A stretch of DNA of 64,000 nt from Octopus sinensis (taxonomy: Eukaryota): the NCBI RefSeq assembly GCF_006345805.1, contig NC_043002.1, positions 48,236,001 to 48,300,000 on the forward strand. The letters run 5' to 3'. Made by a program: the position numbers and the translations under genes. Below are positions 1-10,004 of this stretch, piece after piece. Every line of letters begins with the position of its first letter. Within the stretch, counting starts at the first letter, position 1. Below the pieces are notes generated by a model. The model saw only the letters and a list, made by a program, of their open reading frames with translations, was not told where the DNA came from and did not search any database.

Positions 1-630
1 GGACCTCAGACAGTACTTTTCGCAATATGCCTGCAGTTCCAAGTAATGACGACTTTTGCAATACACCTAGATCGTAGGGTATTTCTAAAGTTTTCAGATG
101 ATTATGCAGATTGGGTGGTACTGAACCCAATGCTCCGATGACAATAGGGATAATCTTTATGTTTCACTCTCGTAGCTGCCATTTCTTAGCGATCTCAATT
201 CTCAAGTCTCCATATTTATCAACTTTTTCTCTTTCTTTCCTGATGATATGTTGATCTCCTGACACTGTCACGTCAATTATTAGGCTCTCGTGTTTGTCCC
301 TCCTAAAGGTTGCTATATCCGGCTTTCGGAGCTCTAATACTTTCTCTCTTTGGAAGTCAAAGTTCCAGAGGACTTTTGCCCACCCCCTTTTCGTCCATTA
401 TCTTTTCCGGTGTATGTTGGTATCAAGCACTCTTAACCTCAAGTCCATACTTACGGCATAGTAGCCGGTGGAAGTTTTGGGCTACCTTGTCGTGTCTACG
501 CTTGTACTCTTTCTGCGCAAGACTTTCACAAGCTCTAACAATGTAAGTTACGCCTTCGACCCTCTTCCCACATATTTGCACTTGTGTGGTATATATTCTT
601 TTTCACTGAGTTGGTATTCAATATCTGGTC
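1..630 (-). mobile_element. R4/Dong-clade non-LTR retrotransposon, 3' coding relic (CCHC knuckle plus restriction-like endonuclease)
   Basis: Minus-strand reading with one frameshift and two TGA stops: KCKICGKRVEGVTYIVRACESLAQKEYKRRHDKVA...VLWNFDFQ...RKPDI...IIDVTVSGD...EKVDKYGDLRIEI...IIPIVIGALG...LLGTAGILRKVL. These are CCHC, RHD and PD..D RLE motifs. Runs off the window edge. Confidence 0.85.
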
Positions 631-684
<54 letters not shown>

Positions 685-730
685 TGTAATAATTATTATT
701 ACTATTACTATTGTTGTTGTTGTTGTTGTT
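631..730. repeat. Compound trinucleotide microsatellite (ATT)n/(ACT)n/(GTT)n
   Basis: Seen directly; source of the poly-I/L/N ORFs. Confidence 0.95.
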
Positions 731-733
731 ATC

Positions 734-872
734 AAGATGGTGTTGTGTGGCAGAATCGTTACCACGGCGGGAAAAATACTTAGCAGCATTTCCTCCATCT
801 TTACGTTCTGGGTTCAAATTCTGTCGAGACTGACTTTGTGTTTCATCCTTTCAAAGTCGATAAAATAAGTAA
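734..872 (+). mobile_element. SINE family A (tRNA-like head, Deu/Nin-like core), partial
   Basis: A-box-like TGGCAGAATCG, B-box-like GGTTCAAATTC and core ctttgtgtttcatcctttcaaagtcgataaaataagta, shared with about 12 other copies in the window. Confidence 0.75.
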
Positions 873-983
873 CGATTCAGCATTATATATGACTTTCATT
901 AAACATAACTAAATATATAATTTGATTACTGGAATGTGCAAGCGTGCTTCACGAGGACACATTTTGGATTATAAATCCATCTA

Positions 984-1042
984 TACATACATACATGCAT
1001 ACATACATACATACATACATACATACATACATACATACATAC
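984..1042. repeat. (ACAT)n microsatellite
   Basis: Seen directly. Confidence 0.95.
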
Positions 1043-2915
1043 AAGGAATATGGTAAAAACAGATATTCGTTAGTTTTTAGTTCACAAAATAATTTCCAGG
1101 AAGTTTTGAACAATTACAGCAATAAAAATAGCATTATTTTCAGTTCCAGAACTACTTCGATTCGGAAACTCACTTTTAGTTTAAACTGTAACTGCATAAC
1201 AAGTGACCTTTGTGACTGAAGTATTCTCAATAACCAGCGAGAATATTGTCTAGCTATGAGAATTTTTAGATATCCAGAACTTATGGATCCAACTAAGCTT
1301 TCATTGAATTTGAATCAAGTTCCAGATTGCCAATAATTGCATATAATAGGCTTATTCAATGATAAATCTTGGTATTGAATACAGGAAATATGAGAATTTA
1401 ATTATCTTTTGCTTAATTTGCTTGATGATACTATAAACGATCTTAGCTGAAATATATTAATATTTATACATATACTATCCATTCATGACGCACATACTCT
1501 GAAATACACTTTTTCAATCATAGCAGCTGTCGGCCTATTATTTCATAACTAGGATTAATGCAGGAGAATAATTTGTTTCTTGATTCTATGAGACAGAGCT
1601 CACTTTATTATACCCATAAGGCTACAAATATTCCCGTTATAACATACAGAATATTAACAACCATGAATGATTAGAAAACAAAGATAATTTGGATATAGCA
1701 ATTTGTTATAGAATAAAGTTGTATTTTTTTTTGCAAAACATGTTTCCTTCATCAATTTTATTCTTTTATAGCATTCAATCATTTCCTTCTTTTCGCTTGA
1801 TATATTTTACGTTCAGTGACTGTGAAAAAAAATTGCGAAACTATTGAGCTCAATCGCTTGATGACAATACAAGAAGGAAAATAAAATGTAAAATGTAATA
1901 AACATTGACTTTTGTAGTTATAATTAAACACCTATCTATTGAACGTTCAGATTATTTTAAGAGAACATGATAATCTTTACGAATTTATTCATTTAATGCT
2001 AGAAGTTAGATTTGACGAAACCAGTTACCACTTAAGATTTAAATAACTGGCGTTATTCAAATCTAAATTAATCGCTTATTCAATTAATAATGGATTCAGA
2101 TCACTTAATCAGTCATTTATTTTATCATCACCACATTCATTACAGTCTTAAATCGTTTCTTTTATCACCATAGTATTTAAATTGAATTCATTTTTTAATT
2201 TCTTTTTAAATTTTAGGTCTCTTCTTTCCTGAAATCCAAATACATTAAACTTATATTAGGGATCCGAGTTAATTTATAATTACGATTGGTTTGAAGAAAC
2301 ACAACTGACAATTTTCATCTCAACTAAAATAATAGGCTGGTGGTGTAGTAATTACTGAAACAAATAGCATCAAAGGAGCATTAGAAATTTCAGAAAAGAG
2401 ATTAATAAAATTAAATAGTTACACAGATTGTAACAACGCTGTCGTTCATATAAATTATAACTCATTATTCCGGCTCCTTAAGCCGACTTCTTTGGTCTTG
2501 CTATAAAGCCAGTATTGTACAGAAAAAAAGACATGGTGTAGTTTCCGGTCAGCTCTGATCAAGAGAAACCATGATCAAAATCGTTCAATCCTTGAACATC
2601 TTAAGCCTTTTTGCTTTTTTCTTTTCTTTTTCCAGTTAGTGTGTTCAGTGTTCAGTGATCACATGGGTGCCTTCTGTATTTTAATACGGTAGACAATAAT
2701 TTAAAGTAAATTTGATTACTATTTCTAACAGTTCGAACAGGCTTCTTAAAGGCTTATGAAAATGTTCTGAAAAGAATTATCCACGAAATCTTCTAGAAAC
2801 GTGATTCCCAACGTGGGGTGCATGCCCCACCGGTGAGGTACGGTAATATTTTGGTGAGGCAAGCGTAGGGTTATGCTGAATTTTTATACCGTTTGTACAC
2901 AATGTTTAGTATACC

Positions 2916-3094
2916 TATTTCTTTACTACCCACAAGGGGCTAAACACAGAGGGGACAAACAAGGACAGACAAACGGATTAAGTCGATTACATCGACCCAG
3001 TGCGTAACTGGTACTTAATTTATCGACCCCGAAAGGATGAAAGGCAAAGTCGACCTCGGCGGAATTTGAACTCAGAACGTAACGGCAGACGAAA
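2916..3094 (-). mobile_element. Stand-alone ~180 bp SINE-A-derived monomer with 11 bp target-site duplication
   Basis: Matches the units at 5673-6038. Flanked by identical tttagtatacc at 2905-2915 and 3095-3105. Confidence 0.85.
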
Positions 3095-3332
3095 TTTAGT
3101 ATACCAATAGAGAAAGGAGACAATTCGGGAATGAGTTATTAAAAAAAAATGTCGTCCCTTCTGTGGACTATTTTATCAAATTTTGGACACTATAGAGACA
3201 ATAGGTCGTTTTAATCTTATTCATAAGATCTGATGTTACCTAAGAAGGAATAGATTATTTCCTTCGATTTAGTGGTATGTGAAAACATGTAGGTAATTGC
3301 AAACGCGCATGTGCGTGTGTGGTGTGTGTATA

Positions 3333-3393
<61 letters not shown>

Positions 3394-3746
3394 ATGTATG
3401 TAGTATAGTACTGGTCAGTACTGAAAGCAATACCATCTTAATTTCCATGGAAAAATAAACTGGAGACAGACCTATGTGAGCGGGTGTGTCTAAAAGTATT
3501 GACTCTTTTATCTCTGGCGATAAAAAAATCTAGGAACACAAGAAAAATGTGGTGCTGCAGAGTGTTGGGGGTGAGGGGTAAAAGAGCTGAACGGTGTGAA
3601 ATGGGTTGAAATGGAGTGGAAGTCAGTGAAGGAAGAGAAAGAGGCATAAAGAGAGAGAAAAAGAGAGGAGAGAGAGGGAGACAGACAGATAGATAGATAG
3701 ATATATAAAGAGAGAGAGAGGGAGAAAGAGATTTATGGTAGTGGTA

Positions 3747-3780
<34 letters not shown>

Positions 3781-4023
3781 ATATATATGAACAGAGATGA
3801 AAATTAACAGGTCATTTTATTCCCACCAGTCAGTTTGTGAATTCAGCAAAAAGGTAAGAAAAAACTTCCATCATTGATACAAAGGCTTTTGGAGCTGAGA
3901 AGATTCACGGAATATTTTTTGTCCCTTTTTGAGAATATTTTTGGAAAGTTTATACTGAAATATTTTTGAAGAAATTGTTGAAAAAATTTGCTTGAACTGA
4001 AATCTCTTCGTGTTTGATGCACA

Positions 4024-4441
4024 GGCATGACTACAGACCTCGGACTATGTAGATTCCGAAAACATAGGAATTTGGGGGGAAAATATAGATGACTGGTTCA
4101 GAAACACTTGCGAGTGGGGAACAGTTCTTAAAAATAGTCCCCAATTGGTTTCCCACCAAATTCCAAGGTCCTCTGAATCTACATAGTCCGCGGTATATTT
4201 GTAGAGAATTTCATTTAAAAATATCCATTTTCTTGAATGTTAAGACGAATTGAGGTGGGCCCCGGTGCATTTTCTGAAATTCCCAACCCCAACCTTTCCT
4301 AAAATACTCCCTCCCCAAATTTTGTATATTCGGAATCTACTTGATATAACACCTATTTGTAGACAATTCCATTAAAAATATTCATTTTTCTGAAAGTAAT
4401 GATCATCCACAGTCGGGGGCGTAAAAATCTGTAGTTATGCC
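4024..4441. mobile_element. MITE-like element with 14 bp terminal inverted repeats and internal inverted/direct subrepeats
   Basis: ggcatgactacaga (4024-4037) vs tctgtagttatgcc (4428-4441), 13/14. Perfect 16 bp internal inverted repeat at 4041-4056/4175-4190. No clear TSD. Confidence 0.5.
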
Positions 4442-5012
4442 GATTCAAAACTACATAAAATGAGTAGTGCAAATAAAAAAAAGTTCGTCAATATTCAGAG
4501 GAGTATTTAAAATTTGGAATTATACCCGCTATCCACGATAAACTGTCACCAAGTTATGAGCGAAAATGTCGGATCTTCTGAATTTTCCGAAGTCTTCTCC
4601 CCACACCTCGGAAAAGATTTTCCTACAAATATCTTTATAATCGTAATCTATGCTGGATAAAAGGCATTTACATAAAATTTCATTAAAAAAAAATTCTTTA
4701 AGTTATGTGGAGAAAACTCGGATCGTGTGAATTTTTCAAAGTCCTCCCCGCCTTCGTTGCTTTCCGCGCATTTTTTTTCATATTCGTTTCTTAAACGTTT
4801 TTATACATCCGTTGCACTATTTAAAAAAATATTTGTTTCCGGGTAATAACTAAATTTTGAATAACAAAAATTAAATATTACATGGGGGGGGGGGCATCAG
4901 GACTTTAGAAATGATTTGGTAGGGCATGGCCAAAAATCGGTTGGGAACCATTGTCCCAGAACGTGGTTTGATGGTAAATATTTACTACTACTACTGCTGT
5001 TACCGCTGCTGA

Positions 5013-5047
<35 letters not shown>

Positions 5048-5083
5048 GTTACACCTGTACGGATCTGGCCTGTTAGCATGTAC

Positions 5084-5192
5084 CTATTTCTTTACTACCC
5101 ACAAGGGGCCAAACATAGAGGAGACAAACAAGGACAGACACACGGATTAAGTCGATTATATCGACCCCAGTGCGTAACTGGTACTTAATTTA
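5084..5192 (-). mobile_element. 5'-truncated copy of the ~183 bp monomer with ~12 bp target-site duplication
   Basis: Same 3' half as 2916-3094. Flanks gttagcatgtac (5072-5083) and gttaacatgtac (5193-5204), 11/12. Confidence 0.8.
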
Positions 5193-5624
5193 GTTAACAT
5201 GTACTATGCTTTCGCTGTTTTAGGTGACAATGTAGTCCCAAGCTTACATCGGCAACCACTCGACTCACCCACTCTTTGACTCAGCGGTCCATTCAGGTTG
5301 TAACAACTGGAGGGAGAAAGAAAGCTGTACCAGAACTCGGTTGGTACTCTCTCCCCTCTCCATCCCCCTCTCTACTCTCTTTCTCCCGCTTTCTCTCTCC
5401 CATCTCACTCTTTCCCTCCTTTGTCCCTTTAGTAGTTAAGTACGAGGGTCGATTCAGTCTCCATATTTCTTCCTAACAAATGTGCAGCTCTAAACATTAC
5501 AAAAAGAAAAAGAAAAAAATCTTTGTAAGGAAATAAACGACAGTATTTAGTTACGCATTCTTCGGTTTTGAGTTCAAATCGCGCACAAATAGACTTATGG
5601 CGTTATAATATTTGGAATCACTAC

Positions 5625-6209
5625 GGTTACGAGCTGGCAGAAACGTTAGCACGCCGGGCGAAATGCGTAGCAGTATTTCGCTTGCCGTTACGTTCTAAGT
5701 TCAAATTCCGCGAGGTCTACTTTGCCTTTCATCCTTTCGGGGTCGATTAAATAGGTACCAGTTACGCACTGGGGTCGATATAATCGACTTAATCCGTTTA
5801 TCTGTTCTTGTTTGTCCTCTCTGTGTTTAGCCCCTGTGGGTAGTAAAGAAATAGGTATTTCGTCCGCCGCTCCGTTCTGAGTTCATATTCCGCCGAGGTC
5901 GACTTTCCCTTTCATCCTTTCGGGGTCGATAAATTAAGTACCAGTTACGCACTGGGGTCGATATAATCGACTTAATCCGTTTGTCTGTACTTGTTTGTCC
6001 CCTCTATGTTTAGCCTCTTGTGGGTAGTAAAGAAATAGAGATTTCGTCTGTCTTTACGTTCTGAGTTCAAATTCTGCCGAGGTCGACTTCGCTTTTTATC
6101 CTTTCGGGGTCGATAAATTAAGTATCAGTTATGTACTGGAGTCGTTCTAATCGACTGGCCCTCTGCCCTAAAATTTTGGGCCGTGTGCCTAGAGTATAAA
6201 AAAATATTT
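5625..6209 (+). mobile_element. SINE family A containing two tandem ~183 bp monomers plus the normal body and tail
   Basis: Head gagctggcagaaacgttagc; units 5673-5854 and 5855-6038; third core from 6039 ends in the usual ggccgtgtgcctagagta tail. Confidence 0.85.
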
Positions 6210-7534
6210 GGAATCACTATCATCCTCATTGTCATCATCATCATCGCCGTCATTCTCTTTTTCCTCCTCCTCATCATCGTCATTGTGTCATCATCTTCAT
6301 CAACGTTTTCATTTGTATTCATTGTAACAGTTTCAACTATTACCGAATATAAATACAATTTTTCCCCATCAATCTGAGAACCTTGAAAGATTTTCCTAAT
6401 AAATTTAACCAACACACACACGCACACATGCACGCACGCGTACACGCACACACACACATCTATTAGATATATTGCTCTTTTCTTTGAAAGAAGCTTTCAA
6501 CCCGACGATTACAACCTTTTTGCTCCCGCATTAACATAACAGTGTTTTCTTTTCAAGAAGGTCCTATATCTTGAAGGATGACAAAGGTATGATTAATGTC
6601 TTTACGAATATGAGTTATGGTGTAAGCTAAGTGATTTGAAACCGTTACGTCAGGAGTTTATAGCTTGTTCTGGCGTGATAAATATACAATCTCAACTATC
6701 TTAATACAATCTCAGCTATCGTATTGACATGACTTATGGATTTGTTTAAGTTGTCTTTAACGGATTAGCCATAAATTTATATGAGTTTGAAAAATGCTGG
6801 TTGAAGCAAAACTAAAAGACAATATTTGTCGAGTAGGCCTGACTTAATGAGGAATCCTACTTCTATTTTATGTAAAAGGAATTTCCTACACGAACACAAT
6901 ATTTATATGAGCAGAGAAAATAAGAGAGTTATATGTTTATGACCATTTCAATGAACGAAGCAACGTAATTGAAAATCGTAGCAAAATGAATCGAAGCAGT
7001 GTCGCAGAACTCTACTCAAAAGCATTTAAATTTAAAAGGAATTAATAGCATGTATTGAGTTTCGTTGTAATTTCTTTTAAAGAGTCACTAGAGCCACTAC
7101 AAATGGAACTAAAATTGACTTACACAAATATTTCTTACTTCAAACATAAGATGTATTGGATGGAAATCAGAGAATTTGAACTAATAGCAATGTTTAGTTC
7201 AGAACTAATGTAAATTCCTTATTTCTTCGTTGATTCCCATTTCTATGACAATTTCGCCAAGTAAGTCTAATCAACACAATATCGAATCGAATAACCTGGG
7301 TATTTTGCTTGTTTTCATTGTTTACCGGAGTTGAAAATATTTGCCTAAAAGGATTATTGAAGTTGTTGAGCAGTATGAAGACTCCAGCCGTCTTTTTGAC
7401 TGCCTATTTTCAGATCTAAAGTGGTTCAGAAGTCTCTTTAATAGTTTAATAAGATAATTGGTTTTATTTTGTTTATTTATCATTTAGGTTTATACGTTTT
7501 TAATACTGTCCTTACTATTTTGTCGTGAATTTCC

Positions 7535-7571
<37 letters not shown>

Positions 7572-7574
<3 letters not shown>

Positions 7575-7875
7575 CGTGGCGTAGTGCTTTGAATGTTACA
7601 CTTTCGATCATAAGACCATGGTTTCGATTTCCAGTCCAGCTGTATGTCGTGTTTTTGAGGAAAACACTTCATTTCACGTTTCTCAGTCTACTCAGCTGTA
7701 AACGTGTAACTCTGCAACAGACAGTCGTCTTGTTCAGATGGAATGTTGGCTTGTCCACCTAGCCAGCTTGATGGTACCGTTTGGAAACTAAAACAATGCA
7801 AAGAAGCGCATCGTGGCCAGTGCAACGTAACGACACCCGATGACCGATTGTGTGGTCAAAACAGCGATATAATTC
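7572..7875 (+). mobile_element. SINE family C (tRNA-like head, CORE-like centre)
   Basis: gtggcgtagtg...ggtttcgatttcc...ttgaggaaaacacttcatttcacgtt; related to 50840-51130 and 57548-57843. Confidence 0.6.
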
Positions 7876-7997
7876 ATGTATGTTTGTTTTTGTGTGTGTG
7901 TGTGGGAGAGAGAGAGAGAGAGCTGCTTGCGTCCGCCTGTGTGTATGCATATATGTATATTTATGCATGCGTACACAAATATGTGTGTATGCATATA

Positions 7998-8342
7998 TTA
8001 TTACTTCCGCCGTTTGTTTGTCCGGCGTTGGTTTGTCAGTCTGTCCGTCTTTGTGCAAAATAACTCAAAAAGGTGTGAACGGTATTTGATGAAACTTGAA
8101 GAAAAAGCTGGTAATCACACAAGGAACAGATACTCTTTTACTCTTTTACGTGTTTCAGTCAGTTGACTGCGGCCATGCTGGAGCACCGTCTTTAGTCGAC
8201 CACATCGACCCCAGGACTTATTATATGTAAGCCTAGTTCTTATTCTATCGGTCTCTTTTGCGAACCGCTAAATTACGGGGACGTAAACACACCAACATTG
8301 GTTGTCAAGCGATCTTGGGGGGACAAACACAGACACACAAAT

Positions 8343-8373
<31 letters not shown>

Positions 8374-8785
8374 CATATATACGATGGGCTTCTTTCAGTT
8401 TCCGTCTACAAAATAAACTCACAAGTCTTTGGTCGGCCGGAGGCTATAGTAGAAGACACCTGCCCAAGTTGCCACGCAGTGGGACTGAACCCGGAACCAT
8501 GTGGTTGGTAAGCAATCTACTTACCACATAGACACTTCTGCGCCTATGATGAACTTTTGGTAGTAATCCGAGAATTTTTATGGATTCTTGAAGGATTTTT
8601 CATTTATTTTATTTACTTTACATGAAGTATTACGTTACGTTCTTTGATTATCTCCCCTGAAAACACGTTCATCGTTTCCACTTAACCTATGGTGGCGTTG
8701 CTGTTTCCAAAGTTTATTTTCGTTTCTCTATTAGTAATTTTACTCGCGTATCTATCTTAAAATGAGCTGCTTGGTGGAGGTCTGC
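7998..8785 (+). mobile_element. Helentron-associated (HINE/DINE-like) non-autonomous element, interrupted by a SINE
   Basis: Starts ttattacttccgcc...ggcgttggtttgtc; ends gagctgcttggtggaggtctgc, matching the ends of the short copy at 8941-9071. SINE B inserted at 8131-8545. Confidence 0.55.
8131..8545 (-). mobile_element. SINE family B (tRNA-like head, CORE-like ttgggca..tgtctt, internal microsatellite), full length
   Basis: Minus strand: ggtaagtag...ggttccgggttcagtcccactgcgtggc...ggtgctccagcatggccgcagtc...aaaagag tail. Near-colinear with 62766-63195. Confidence 0.85.
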
Positions 8786-8940
8786 AGAGGATGACAAGCC
8801 TTGACTATTGGGATCGACTCAAAAATCTCAGGCTTTGCTCCCTCCACCGCCGCTGTTGTCATTGATGTATTATAACTGCTTCAGATTATTCCTGTTTTTA
8901 AAGGTTTTATTTTAAAAATCATATGGCTGTGTTATTTTTA

Positions 8941-9071
8941 AAAATCCCGCCAAGGAGGTTATGCTTTTGCCGGCGTTGGTTTGGGAAAATGGGCGATTTT
9001 CAGTATGCGTGTATATGGGTGGAAATGAGCTGCTTGGCGGAGGTCTGCGCTCTTCGAGTGCTTTTCTAGTT
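8941..9071 (+). mobile_element. Short internally deleted HINE/DINE-like rolling-circle element
   Basis: Subterminal inverted repeat ccgccaag (8947-8954)/cttggcgg (9033-9040), 3' hairpin gcgctc-ttc-gagtgc (9047-9061), ends ctagtt. Confidence 0.65.
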
Positions 9072-9558
9072 TCACATATTTTGGGAAACATGACACCGAA
9101 ATATGAGAAAAATTTAATTGTCCTATAGATGGGACAATATATCGGCTACCTCATTCAATCCCCGGGCATGCATAGTTCAACTATACGGAGCCGTTTCAAT
9201 GAGCATCAGAACAGTAGACTAGTTATCCTGAATAACTTCGATGAGGCAGGGAACGAAAACACTAGGATCAGTGAGAAATGAATGTAAGCGGGTGAAGGAT
9301 GTAGTGAGGAAGGGGCAGATGTGAAAGGACAGAGAGAGAGAGGGGGGAGTAAATAGCAACGTGAAGAAGAGGAGTTCGGTTTTTAGATGGTCTATATTAA
9401 TGTTAAAGGCATTTGGGAATCACACTGTATATTGATTTGTCTTTAGTTAAATCTGAAGATTTTCTTGAATAAGTTAGCATTGTTAGTCGGGAGAAAAAAA
9501 TTTCAAGGTAATGATTGTCTTCATTAATCAATTATAAAAGTTTTAGCTTTGTAAATTC

Positions 9559-9636
<78 letters not shown>

Positions 9637-9785
9637 AACCTACCTACCTACCTACCTACCTACCTACCTACCTACCTACCTACCTACTTACCTACCTACC
9701 TACCTACCTACCTACCTACCTACCTACCTACCTACCTACCTACATACATACATACATACATACATACATACATACATACATACAT
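9559..9785. repeat. Compound tetranucleotide array (TCTA)n(CCTA)n(CATA)n
   Basis: Seen directly. Confidence 0.95.
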
Positions 9786-9937
9786 GTGCACACATGATCC
9801 GACACGAAAGATTCTGGTGTTGGTCTGCGTTAGCAAGTCTTGTGTTATTTAGGAAAACCGATAAAAAAAATTCTGAAAGCATAACATGTGTGGTGAAAAT
9901 TCCAAGTCCTGTTTCTGGGAAAAAGCAACAGTAGAGA

Positions 9938-10004
<67 letters not shown>

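Larger units (their letters stand above)
2799..4953. mobile_element. Possible non-autonomous hAT (Charlie-like) element with nested repeats
   Basis: Left end acgtgattcccaac; right end on the minus strand caatggttcccaac, both resembling the CAGTGGTTCCCAAC terminal repeat. Flanks ttctagaa and tcccagaa match 6/8. The two ends may belong to different elements. Confidence 0.3.

Noticed and set aside
1080-2480. Splice-like sites suggesting host exons (for example GTGAGT at 1173, minus strand)
   Set aside because: No open frame linking a good acceptor to the donor; not supportable.
5673-6038. Tandem units as a CRISPR-like array
   Set aside because: The ~183 bp units are contiguous SINE-derived repeats without unique spacers, in eukaryotic DNA.
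9195-9290. Resemblance to the 3' half of the 34341 hammerhead (actagtctactg, minus strand)
   Set aside because: No recognisable core or helix II upstream.
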